64,000 bases of DNA from a virus. Shown piece after piece: positions 1 through 9,127 of the stretch (its first letter is position 1; each line of letters starts with the position of its first letter). Where the stretch lies: IMG/VR virus record IMGVR_UViG_3300013794_000014, positions 77,060 through 141,059 of that record. The stretch is one strand, 5' to 3'. The position numbers and the translations under genes were made by a program. The notes beneath the pieces were generated by a model that worked only from the letters and a program-made list of their open reading frames with translations, was not told where the DNA came from and made no database searches.

Positions 1-708
1 AAATGTGTAGAAGGATCTATAAGTCAAGACTATTCAATGTCAAAATATGTATTGGCAAAACCAGAATGGCCACATGTATGGTTTATCGGTGGTTTAAAAG
101 TTAGAGGTGTCAATCTGATAACGGCTATTTGTGATCATCCATATGTTCAAAATGATGCTTTTGTACTTACTAACCATAAGCCAATTGAAATCATTGATAC
201 ATCTAATGAGACGTCATTCATGTTAGGTGTAGGAGACAAGATTGGAAACCTACATGGACAAAAAGGTGTAATTAACAATGTCTTTGACAAAAACCGTTTT
301 GAAATTATTCCGGAAACAATTGTCAGTGATATTTGGGAAACAAAAGCAACTACATTTAAGTATGTCGACTGTCTAATGTCTTTGACATCTGTCATTGAAA
401 GAGGTGCATTTGGACAATTTGTAGAGTGTTCATATTCATACGGTAAACCAATTGACGTTGAGATTGACGTACCATTTCAACCACTACAAACGGGTTACAT
501 TTATGACAACGAACTAGATGAATACTATATGGCAATATTTGGTATCTGTCATTATGTTATCATTGATAAATTTGCCAAAGATATGCAAACAGGTAAAGTG
601 TCAATTGACTATTTTGGACTATGTAACATATTGGCAAGAAAACGCTATGATTTACTGAAACATTACTTGAACTTAGGTGACATTGATGTCGACGTTAACA
701 AAAGATGA
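1..708 (+). CDS. RNA polymerase beta/Rpo2-like subunit, C-terminal double-psi beta-barrel part (5'-truncated by window edge)
   Basis: Frame is open from base 1. NLITAICDHPYVQNDAFVL resembles beta YNFEDSILV; GDKIGNLHGQKGVI has the two lysines 8 apart as in GDKMAGRHGNKGV; DCLMSLTSVIERGAFGQFVE resembles [20 protein letters not shown]. Confidence 0.85.
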   Translation, partial: KCVEGSISQDYSMSKYVLAKPEWPHVWFIGGLKVRGVNLITAICDHPYVQNDAFVLTNHKPIEIIDTSNETSFMLGVGDKIGNLHGQKGVINNVFDKNRFEIIPETIVSDIWETKATTFKYVDCLMSLTSVIERGAFGQFVECSYSYGKPIDVEIDVPFQPLQTGYIYDNELDEYYMAIFGICHYVIIDKFAKDMQTGKVSIDYFGLCNILARKRYDLLKHYLNLGDIDVDVNKR

Positions 709-1348
709 AATAAGAATGTTAATAATGGAAGAACCTAAACTACTTCTGAAAACTGGTAAGGTATTGAATACATGGCGTCTAATTATGGGACAAAGTATAA
801 TCCCTACATTTCATATCAAATACATGGAAGCAATAACAAATAGCGGTGAATATGTAACGCTTTACGACTTTGAAGGATTAACAGGTTATGATGAAGATGG
901 CACACCTTACGATATAACAGATATATCAAGAATTGTTGACATTGATGTCCATATATACTTTGAACGTAGTTATCTGTCAAATTTATCCGCCATTGAAGAT
1001 GTAGTCTATTATCCACCTGAAAGTCGTTATGTGACATTAGCGTACTTAATGGATATTGAAACTGAACCACTGTATATCAATTCTTTACCAATGTTTGATC
1101 ATACAAAAATTAAGTATAATTTTCGTGGAAATTTAGTTATTGGTATTGACAATTATCCAAAAATATTGCAAAAAATCAATTATATGGGTTGTAATTTGAA
1201 TCCAGACTATAATGGCATGGTTAGATTTGCTTACGAAGTTGAAGTACCTTATACAATGTTTTACAACAGAAAAGTCCATAATGAGTTAGTTGATATAATA
1301 CCAGGAGTTCCATTGGTTCAACATACATTAACGGTTACTCTTGTATAA
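677..1348 (+). CDS. hypothetical protein, coupled to the RNAP beta-like gene
   Basis: 223-aa ORF overlapping the upstream stop, with AGGTGA at its start; no motif recognised. Confidence 0.6.
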   Translation: MTLMSTLTKDEIRMLIMEEPKLLLKTGKVLNTWRLIMGQSIIPTFHIKYMEAITNSGEYVTLYDFEGLTGYDEDGTPYDITDISRIVDIDVHIYFERSYLSNLSAIEDVVYYPPESRYVTLAYLMDIETEPLYINSLPMFDHTKIKYNFRGNLVIGIDNYPKILQKINYMGCNLNPDYNGMVRFAYEVEVPYTMFYNRKVHNELVDIIPGVPLVQHTLTVTLV

Positions 1349-1792
1349 GTCTTCTTCACATCCTAGAACTTTACAAATGTAATTGACAAACTTTTTAACG
1401 GGCTTAAAATAATAAAATTGTGTATGTTTTAATTTCCGTAAATCGTAAAGTACAATGGTTGTCAGTAATGTTATTCCTGCATAATCAGCTAAATATTCAA
1501 AATTTGGTAATCCAATGTATGTTCCAATTGCACATAATGTCGAATATAACATCCAGAATACAACAGACCAACCTATCCAACGAACAGTCGCCTTTATTGC
1601 ACTTTTAATGAAATGTTCACGCTCATATGGCAACGGAACTGGAGCAGAATTTAAGTAAATTAAGAAATCAATAAACAGGCCTAAAACTACAAGTATGGTG
1701 GCAAAGATAAGTATATTGACATCGAGAAATTTTACAATGAGCGCAAGTGCCAAGGGGACTTTTATACCATTAAGGAGATTAAGTAGACACAT
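1328..1792 (-). CDS. membrane protein (3-4 hydrophobic segments)
   Basis: Hydrophobic stretches; GGTGA SD 6 nt before the ATG on the minus strand. Confidence 0.6.
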   Translation of the reverse strand: MCLLNLLNGIKVPLALALIVKFLDVNILIFATILVVLGLFIDFLIYLNSAPVPLPYEREHFIKSAIKATVRWIGWSVVFWMLYSTLCAIGTYIGLPNFEYLADYAGITLLTTIVLYDLRKLKHTQFYYFKPVKKFVNYICKVLGCEEDLYKSNR

Positions 1793-1804
1793 GGTGATTC
1801 ACCT

Positions 1805-2410
1805 ATGATACTATATCAATGTAGTAAATGTGCAAAGACGTTTGCGGCTACAAATCCTAAACATTGTCCATACTGCCAATATCAACACCTCCAAATTTTA
1901 TCACATTACAGAGTACAGGTATTTAATACATCAGATGTTAAATCGAAACGTGACAAGTACTCTGTATCATTTGATATTCAAGTGGATTCTAGTGATCCAG
2001 GAAAAACAATTCCGGAGATACTATGTAACATATTGAAGTTGCCATCTATATCAATTCGTCATGTTATTGATAACCCATATGTGAGTCGAATCAAACGCTG
2101 CCATAAGACAACAAAGCGAGTCACCTATGAATATCCTGTTACCGTTGAATTACGTGTTTATTCACCACAACGAGCATATGTACTGTTAGATTCTGAAGAC
2201 AAAGAAGCGTTCAGTTATCTTGTATCTCAGTATAAACAACATGGATGGAAGGTACTAGATTTACGTCATTCTAAAGTATCGTTTATTAGAATTGTTAGGC
2301 GGTTCTTAAATACATTTATAGTACCACGACTTAAAAATGACGTCGTCCGTAAAGACATTTTATGCCTCATAACAGATGATGGTGATTCTTCTGACAACGA
2401 TAGTTGTTGA
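1805..2410 (+). CDS. Zn-ribbon protein (N-terminal CxxC...CPYC, Rpo12/RPB12-like pattern)
   Basis: YQCSKC...HCPYCQY; GGTGA SD. Confidence 0.55.
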   Translation: MILYQCSKCAKTFAATNPKHCPYCQYQHLQILSHYRVQVFNTSDVKSKRDKYSVSFDIQVDSSDPGKTIPEILCNILKLPSISIRHVIDNPYVSRIKRCHKTTKRVTYEYPVTVELRVYSPQRAYVLLDSEDKEAFSYLVSQYKQHGWKVLDLRHSKVSFIRIVRRFLNTFIVPRLKNDVVRKDILCLITDDGDSSDNDSC

Positions 2411-2990
2411 TTCTAGAGAAAAAAAATTAATTGAAAAGGTACATCAACGACTCAGAAAGAAAAACATCGAACATATTGATGTGGAAGTTAGAGCTCTAGA
2501 TGCTGGCGACTTCCTAATAACGTTAGATGACGGCACTAAATACTTATTTGAACGAAAAACGCTTAATGATTTTCAGAACTCTATTTTAAGTAAACGTCTG
2601 TGGAATCAACTGTATAAGTTACAAAATAAACTGATTAATGGTGATGTCGACAAAATTGGTTTAGCTGTCACTAATTTTTACTTTAATAAACATACAAAAC
2701 CCAACGTCATATATGGTGCTCTAGGATCAATATACAGACGTTTTAGTATGGACGTACTATTTTTCAAAACTAATACGCAATTCTTAGATTTCATATTCAA
2801 AATAGGGAGTAAACCAAAAGCACAAATGGACGTTAAACCAGAATACTTGTTACAGCCACTACTTGGTTCTATTGACAATATTAAAAACGTTGATATCATT
2901 GTAAAGACGTCAAAGAAAAAACATAAGCGTAAAGAAAGAACTGTAGAGACAAAACATTTCCCAATAAACATTAGGTACATAAAAGAGTAA
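2376..2990 (+). CDS. ERCC4/XPF-family structure-specific endonuclease
   Basis: IVVDSRE, LDAGDF and FERKTLNDF motifs. Confidence 0.9.
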   Translation: MMVILLTTIVVDSREKKLIEKVHQRLRKKNIEHIDVEVRALDAGDFLITLDDGTKYLFERKTLNDFQNSILSKRLWNQLYKLQNKLINGDVDKIGLAVTNFYFNKHTKPNVIYGALGSIYRRFSMDVLFFKTNTQFLDFIFKIGSKPKAQMDVKPEYLLQPLLGSIDNIKNVDIIVKTSKKKHKRKERTVETKHFPINIRYIKE

Positions 2991-3002
2991 AAGAGTAATG
3001 GA

Positions 3003-3058
3003 ATAAACAAATAAATAAACGAATAAATAAACGAATAAACAAATAAACGAACAGGTGA
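3003..3058 (+). repeat. TAAA/CGAA/CAAA tetranucleotide-type repeat ending in the SD of nrdD
   Basis: ataaacaaataaataaacgaataaataaacgaataaacaaataaacgaacaggtga. Confidence 0.7.
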
Positions 3059-3064
3059 TTTCTA

Positions 3065-4888
3065 ATGTTTTCAACCGATACTTTCATTGACATATTGTTT
3101 CAACCCTATGACAAAGAAAATGCAAACCTTATTGATGCTAACATAACAAAGGAAATACTTGTAACCGGGCATGTTGAAAAAGAACTATTCTTGAAACATT
3201 TTTTACCGAAATACTGTGAAAAAGGTGAAGAAGTTGCTAAAGCACATATTGACGGTTTCATACATCTACATGACTTGAATTATGCATTGACAAGGGCAAA
3301 TTGTCTTCAACACCCTATCGATTTAGTATTCAAATACGGTTTAAAAGCACTTTCATGTGTTAGTAATCCAGCAAGACGTCTCGGTTCCGCCCTTAGCCAT
3401 GCAGTTAACGCCATTGCAATTAGTCAAGGACATTTATGTGGTGGACAGGCAATCAGTCTGTTTAACGTCTTGTTAGCACCCTATGCACATGGACTATCAT
3501 ACGATGAAATTAAGCAACAAGTTCAAAGTTTCATTTATCAATTGAACCAAATTAATCCAAGTAGAGGTTTTCAAAGTGCATTTTCATCCATAAACTGCGA
3601 ATATCACATACCTAAGTTTATTGCTAACGAAACTATCGAATATGGGCCTCAAAAAGGTAATTGTTTTGGTGACTTTGAAGAAGAAAGCCGACTACTACTA
3701 AAAGCCATTATTGAAGTATTACTGGAAAAGGATGCTGAAGGCAAACCACATTTGTTTCCGAATACAATAACGGTTATTAGGGATAATGTAGATCCAGACG
3801 ATGAACTATTACAACTTGTCATACGTTGTAACTTAGAAACCAATAACACATATTACCTAAATATGGTTCAGTATGGTAAGAATTTAGCAAATGCTATGGG
3901 TTGTAGAACTTGGCTTGATGATACGTTTACCGGTAACTATCTATTAGATTCAATGGGTTGTGGAAACTTCGAATATGGTACAATAAACCTACCAAGAGTA
4001 GCACTATTACATTTGCAAACAGGTAAACCTATTGAAGAACTACTTAGAGAAGCTGTAGAACTGATTTTCAGAGGTTTACTTGTAAGACGTCAAATCATTT
4101 GGAGCCGCTTTCTATCTAACGAATATCCATTTTATACTGCTTACTATGAAGAAAGTCGTGGTTATTACTATAACATCCCATACACTACAATGTCCATTGG
4201 TTTTGTCGGTATGTATGAATTCCTGAAAATCTTACAATGGGATACAAAAGAACGTATCAAAGTCTATGAAGTGTTAACACAAACGCTTAATGAACTAAAA
4301 CAGAAAACATATGAAGAAATTGCCGAAGAATTGGGTGTACAGTACAAATCACCAGTAGAAGAATACACAAGAACAAGTTTGATAGCAACTCCAGCTGAAG
4401 GTTGTGCACACCGCCTAAGAATGAAAGACAATGAAATATTTGGACGTAAAATGTTAACACGCTTAGTTGGTAACGATTATCCATACTATGTAAACAGTGA
4501 TCATTGGCCTGAATGGATACAAACTCACGTCATGAAGAAAATCAAGTATGAAGAACTTGGACATATGTATTGCAATGGTGGTAACATATCACATTTATGG
4601 CTTACTGATTCGGTTGATACTATTGACTATAATCATTTGGCAAAATTTGTCATTAGTACATGTCATAAGACAAAACTAAGATACTTTTCATTTAATCCAG
4701 TAATTGTCTATTGTAAAGAATGTAAGAAAACGTATATTGGTAGTCAATACGAAGTTAACTGTAAATTCTGTGGCCAACCTGATATAACGTTTTATTCAAA
4801 AGTAACTGGATATGTCAGTGAAACGAAGCGTTGGAATCCTGGAAAGAAAGCCGAACTAAAGAATCGTAGAAGTGTACTACTTGACTAA
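3065..4888 (+). CDS. nrdD: class III anaerobic ribonucleoside-triphosphate reductase, no obvious ATP cone
   Basis: HLHDL, ANC, MGCR active-site loop, TINLPR, TPAEG, C-terminal Zn CxxC..CxxC, glycyl-radical loop YSKVTGYV. Confidence 0.95.
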   Translation: MFSTDTFIDILFQPYDKENANLIDANITKEILVTGHVEKELFLKHFLPKYCEKGEEVAKAHIDGFIHLHDLNYALTRANCLQHPIDLVFKYGLKALSCVSNPARRLGSALSHAVNAIAISQGHLCGGQAISLFNVLLAPYAHGLSYDEIKQQVQSFIYQLNQINPSRGFQSAFSSINCEYHIPKFIANETIEYGPQKGNCFGDFEEESRLLLKAIIEVLLEKDAEGKPHLFPNTITVIRDNVDPDDELLQLVIRCNLETNNTYYLNMVQYGKNLANAMGCRTWLDDTFTGNYLLDSMGCGNFEYGTINLPRVALLHLQTGKPIEELLREAVELIFRGLLVRRQIIWSRFLSNEYPFYTAYYEESRGYYYNIPYTTMSIGFVGMYEFLKILQWDTKERIKVYEVLTQTLNELKQKTYEEIAEELGVQYKSPVEEYTRTSLIATPAEGCAHRLRMKDNEIFGRKMLTRLVGNDYPYYVNSDHWPEWIQTHVMKKIKYEELGHMYCNGGNISHLWLTDSVDTIDYNHLAKFVISTCHKTKLRYFSFNPVIVYCKECKKTYIGSQYEVNCKFCGQPDITFYSKVTGYVSETKRWNPGKKAELKNRRSVLLD

Positions 4889-4897
4889 GGTGTTACA

Positions 4898-5476
4898 ATG
4901 TCTATAATGTCCATAGTGTCCACAACGTCTACATTGTCTAAGTGGTTAATGGAGCCGAATTTACGCTTCAATTTTCCACATAACCACATTTCTTTTGTAC
5001 TATATTATCCTAAATGTAATTGTAACTGTTTTTACTGTAACTTAAAAAAAGTTTTTATTGGTTGTATACCATTTGACTGGAACAGTCTGGAGCTATCATT
5101 ACCTTTCATTGATTGTATAGTTGTTAGTGGTGGAGAACCATTATTGGCATTTCACGACATATTGACATTCCAAGAATTTGCAAGACAACATGACTTATGG
5201 TTCTATGTCTATACAAACGGTTTCAATGCTTCCAAAATAAGCCAATTACTTGATAACTATGAAAAAACGATAATTGTCATTGATGTAAAAGGGAGTACAA
5301 TTGAACAAATTAATGAAACAACAAGATCAAATCTAGGTGAACAGATAATACAAACATATAAAGCATTTTGTAATCACGATAGAGTTGTATTCAGAGTCAA
5401 CGAATACGTAAATGAATATGTAAAACCTTTAGATTTCAAAAATGTAGAAAAGTACAAAATAGTAGAGGTGAGGTGA
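4898..5476 (+). CDS. nrdG: radical SAM activase of class III RNR
   Basis: CNCNCFYC (CxxxCxxC), SGGEP, YTNG; directly follows nrdD. Confidence 0.88.
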   Translation: MSIMSIVSTTSTLSKWLMEPNLRFNFPHNHISFVLYYPKCNCNCFYCNLKKVFIGCIPFDWNSLELSLPFIDCIVVSGGEPLLAFHDILTFQEFARQHDLWFYVYTNGFNASKISQLLDNYEKTIIVIDVKGSTIEQINETTRSNLGEQIIQTYKAFCNHDRVVFRVNEYVNEYVKPLDFKNVEKYKIVEVR

Positions 5477-5480
5477 AATA

Positions 5481-6209
5481 ATGCCATATTTGTTAGCCGA
5501 TACACACGTTGAAACCAATGAACAATATCAAATACTTGTCAATTGGATACATAGGTTAGCAGAAGATGATGACGTCATATTACTTGGCGACATAATGGAT
5601 TTTACCAAAATACCTTACATGAAACTTGAATATATGGTTAATGATTTTGATCATCCGCATATCTATTACGTCTATGGTAACCACGACATTATTGCAAAAG
5701 AACTTGGTTTCAAATGTTATGGTAGACTAAAATATGATGGCATACTTTTTGAACATGGACATAGATTTGAGGCGTTATTGAGATCAACTGGATTCACAAC
5801 ACCAAATGAATACAATGAACTCTATGAACGTCTCTGCTATGAACTAAACACTATTGGTATCTTGACTAAAATCAGTTGGCATATTTGGAACTTTATTACA
5901 CATTGGAAGCGTAACTTACATAAAGCAGAAATGTCCAAAGAATTATTTGAGTTAACAACTAAAATTGGAAATGTTGTCTTAGGACATACTCATTATGAAA
6001 TGTATTCAAAGACAAGAAGGGTGTTGTTCTGTGATGATGCAAGAATCCCAGATTTACCAATTTCTGGAAGAACAACTTCAAAGAATAAACCAGTGGGGTA
6101 TTTCTTACGAACGGATACCTTTGACGTGGAAAGATTTGAACTCAATCCCAGAGCAGATATACGTCCTGCACTTAACGCCAAAAGAAATTGTCTATACAAC
6201 CGATCCTAA
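5481..6209 (+). CDS. calcineurin-like metallophosphoesterase
   Basis: ADTH, LGDIMD, GNHD, EHGH, GHTH. Confidence 0.9.
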   Translation: MPYLLADTHVETNEQYQILVNWIHRLAEDDDVILLGDIMDFTKIPYMKLEYMVNDFDHPHIYYVYGNHDIIAKELGFKCYGRLKYDGILFEHGHRFEALLRSTGFTTPNEYNELYERLCYELNTIGILTKISWHIWNFITHWKRNLHKAEMSKELFELTTKIGNVVLGHTHYEMYSKTRRVLFCDDARIPDLPISGRTTSKNKPVGYFLRTDTFDVERFELNPRADIRPALNAKRNCLYNRS

Positions 6210-6651
6210 TTTGAAAAAACTATATAATGCTACAGTAACGAAAACTGAAGATGAAATCACTGTAAACATAATATGGCTTAAATGCTTATATATTGATGAC
6301 GTCAAAGTATGGTCAAATATCGTGTTCGCTTACAAGTGTTTAAAGTTTAATTCTAATTGGGCACAAAAAACCAATTTACTTGTCGACTCAATGTTATTGA
6401 CAATAACATGTACTAAAAACAATGAAGTTACAATTGAACCACACGTAATGAATGTAGTAAAACCGCGACTTTCTAAAAGACCGACGAGTAAACTAATGAT
6501 AAAAGAAGTATCAAAGATCTATAAGCAACTGAAACGGTTACAAAATGAAATAGCTGAAAGAGGAGAGGTATTTGTAACGTCTTGGGGTATTCCATTGAAC
6601 GAAACCGAATTAACTGAAATAATGCGGTTATTGGAGAAAGTAAAAAGGTGA
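6031..6651 (+). CDS. hypothetical protein (start uncertain; overlaps upstream gene by about 180 nt)
   Basis: ORF 5995..6651; GGGTG SD precedes GTG/ATG/ATG at 6031-6039. Confidence 0.55.
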   Translation: MMMQESQIYQFLEEQLQRINQWGISYERIPLTWKDLNSIPEQIYVLHLTPKEIVYTTDPNLKKLYNATVTKTEDEITVNIIWLKCLYIDDVKVWSNIVFAYKCLKFNSNWAQKTNLLVDSMLLTITCTKNNEVTIEPHVMNVVKPRLSKRPTSKLMIKEVSKIYKQLKRLQNEIAERGEVFVTSWGIPLNETELTEIMRLLEKVKR

Positions 6652-6654
6652 TAG

Positions 6655-7665
6655 TTGATGTCTAATCTGTTAACTAAGTATAAACCTAAAACGTTAGATG
6701 AATTACCGTTACCAGATAATACTATAAGAACGTTGAAAAATATATTGGAGTTCAAAGGTGGAGTTTACATATTTCATTCACCGCCAGGTACAGGTAAATC
6801 AACTGCATGTGACATTATTAGAAAAGAAGCGATCAAGAAACTAGGATCAGCAAACATATTGTTAATAAACGGTTCAATGGAAAATACTGTAGACGTAATT
6901 GTAAACAAAATACAGCCGTTTGTAAGTAAAGCCCCAAGGCGTCTTGTAATCATTGAAGAAGCCGACAAAATGACTAAAGAAACTGGTAAAGGTAAAGGAG
7001 CACAAGAAGCATTGAAAGATTTGACAACTAGAACAATACATAAAGTAACATGGATTTTTGTCACTAACCATTTAGAAGACATTATATTGCCTTTACGTGA
7101 TAGAGCAATTATCATTGAATTTAAACCTGATGAATTCAAAATATTAGAGATCTTAAAGCGTATAAACGCAAAAGAACACTTAGGCTATTCTATTGAAAAA
7201 CTGAAATCTATAGTTAAAACAACATATCCGTCGATCCGAAATGCAATATTGAAACTGGAAGGCGTTGAAATTCGACAGTTCGATGAAGCCCAATTAATGA
7301 AGGACTTAAAACGCCTCGTTGAAGACAGTATACATCCCAAAGTATTCTGTGAAAAATATAAAAGCGTCAATATACGAACAATTATTCATTATTTGACCGA
7401 TATTGGATATCAGTACTTCGATCCTGACATTTATACACGCCTCTTACTTATATCAAGTTTTATCAGTGATATAAAAGATGAACAATTGGCATATGTAACA
7501 TTTGCATATTTAGTCAATCAGATGAATAAAGAACATTGGCAACTAATTATCGATGAAATTTGTGCTACGACTATATCGATTAAGTCAATATCAGCACGAT
7601 TTTACCAGAAATTACAGGAATTTAACTCAAAGAAAAATAAAGTGAAAAAACCGAAAGGTGATTAA
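6655..7665 (+). CDS. rfcS: AAA+ clamp loader, RFC small-subunit-like
   Basis: KYKPKTLDE, Walker A SPPGTGKST, Walker B IIEEADKMT, AQEALK, PLRDRA. Confidence 0.88.
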   Translation: MMSNLLTKYKPKTLDELPLPDNTIRTLKNILEFKGGVYIFHSPPGTGKSTACDIIRKEAIKKLGSANILLINGSMENTVDVIVNKIQPFVSKAPRRLVIIEEADKMTKETGKGKGAQEALKDLTTRTIHKVTWIFVTNHLEDIILPLRDRAIIIEFKPDEFKILEILKRINAKEHLGYSIEKLKSIVKTTYPSIRNAILKLEGVEIRQFDEAQLMKDLKRLVEDSIHPKVFCEKYKSVNIRTIIHYLTDIGYQYFDPDIYTRLLLISSFISDIKDEQLAYVTFAYLVNQMNKEHWQLIIDEICATTISIKSISARFYQKLQEFNSKKNKVKKPKGD

Positions 7666-9127
7666 ATTGATTTCATTCCCATCAAAGTTCCGGGATTTAG
7701 TGCGTTTTCCTCTAGATATTTTAGACACATTCAAAAGTTATTTTGCAACCCTCAGACATTATCCGTTAATTCAAAAATTAGTACCTAAATCAGAAAAACA
7801 GTTTAAAAACCGTTATTACGAAATGAGTTACTATATTGATCATGATCCAGCTGTGTACGGTTCTTTGAAGTTCATAGCACTAACTGTTTCTGATGCGTAT
7901 AAGCCACTGGGACATGAAATACAGAAAGAAGTCAGAGACATTGTATTCAACCTAATGGCTTTTGGTGATGTCATCGTTTCAAACAAGGGAACTATGTTAC
8001 CATTATTCGAACTCTCTATCGTTGATGATAAAAAAAGAATAGGTAATTTTAACCCAGATCCAGTTATAACCGATGCCAAATATTACATTCTCAATGAAAT
8101 GGAAGGAAATAAACGAAAAGTATATACAGACAATGACGTTATTCATCTGTCGTTATTTCCACAAGGTCATATGATCAAAGACATTTACGAGAGATGGACT
8201 TATGGCATCTATGGACGTGCACCAATGTTATCTCTACTGAAGTTATTGGCGTGGAAAGATAAACTAATTGATGACGACATAATGATCAAGGATCGTATGA
8301 TACCAAGAGAAGTTCATAAGTTAAAAATTGATATACCACGAACGTTGTTAGCTAATAGACAAGCAAATAAACAATCACATCAAGAATTATTGGACATATA
8401 TGATCAGTATGTGAAATCATTGCTTGATCAATATAGAAGTGCAATATCACAGACGGAACCAGGAGAGCACTATGTTATTACAGAAGATGTTGAAATTGAC
8501 ATTTTAGAACCGAAAATCAATTATTCAACACCTAACGACTTATTGGATCAATTGACACAGTATATCATAGGAGTATTCAATGTACCGTTATCAGCCGTAC
8601 TAGGAATATCGAAGTCTTCGTATGCAGCAGAATTAGCAGTAGCATCATATTATACAGTACAAGCAAATGCTTTAGTTGGCTTAGTCAATGAATACCTAAA
8701 AGTCAGATATCCAAATTTAGAAGAACGTCTTGATAGCGTCAATGTTGTCCTAGACATATGGAAAGATAGTATTTATAAGCGTGTAGTACTCCTTACTCAA
8801 GCGGGTGTAATCACAAGAAATGAAGCAAGAGAAATGATCGGCTTAGAACCAATTGAAGGTTTAGATGACTTAATCATAATTGAACAAATTGATGGTAGAA
8901 AGATTGCTGCAATTGGACGTGAAGGAACTGTAAAACAGGAACCTGGAACACCTTTAGCAACTGAAAAACGTGATGAAAAAGACGAGTACAATAGACTTGA
9001 AACAAACAGAATTCAAAGGTTATTGAAGAAAGGAGGTGGACAAAATGAAACAAATAAAACAGGTGAAACAAACGAAACAAACGAAACAAATGAAACAAAC
9101 GGTAACGGCAGTATTTCCAAAAGGTAA
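7658..9127 (+). CDS. portal protein
   Basis: YGRAPMLSL, FNVPLSAVLG and GVITRNEAREMIGLEPIEG are typical portal signatures; 489 aa. Confidence 0.8.
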   Translation: MIKLISFPSKFRDLVRFPLDILDTFKSYFATLRHYPLIQKLVPKSEKQFKNRYYEMSYYIDHDPAVYGSLKFIALTVSDAYKPLGHEIQKEVRDIVFNLMAFGDVIVSNKGTMLPLFELSIVDDKKRIGNFNPDPVITDAKYYILNEMEGNKRKVYTDNDVIHLSLFPQGHMIKDIYERWTYGIYGRAPMLSLLKLLAWKDKLIDDDIMIKDRMIPREVHKLKIDIPRTLLANRQANKQSHQELLDIYDQYVKSLLDQYRSAISQTEPGEHYVITEDVEIDILEPKINYSTPNDLLDQLTQYIIGVFNVPLSAVLGISKSSYAAELAVASYYTVQANALVGLVNEYLKVRYPNLEERLDSVNVVLDIWKDSIYKRVVLLTQAGVITRNEAREMIGLEPIEGLDDLIIIEQIDGRKIAAIGREGTVKQEPGTPLATEKRDEKDEYNRLETNRIQRLLKKGGGQNETNKTGETNETNETNETNGNGSISKR

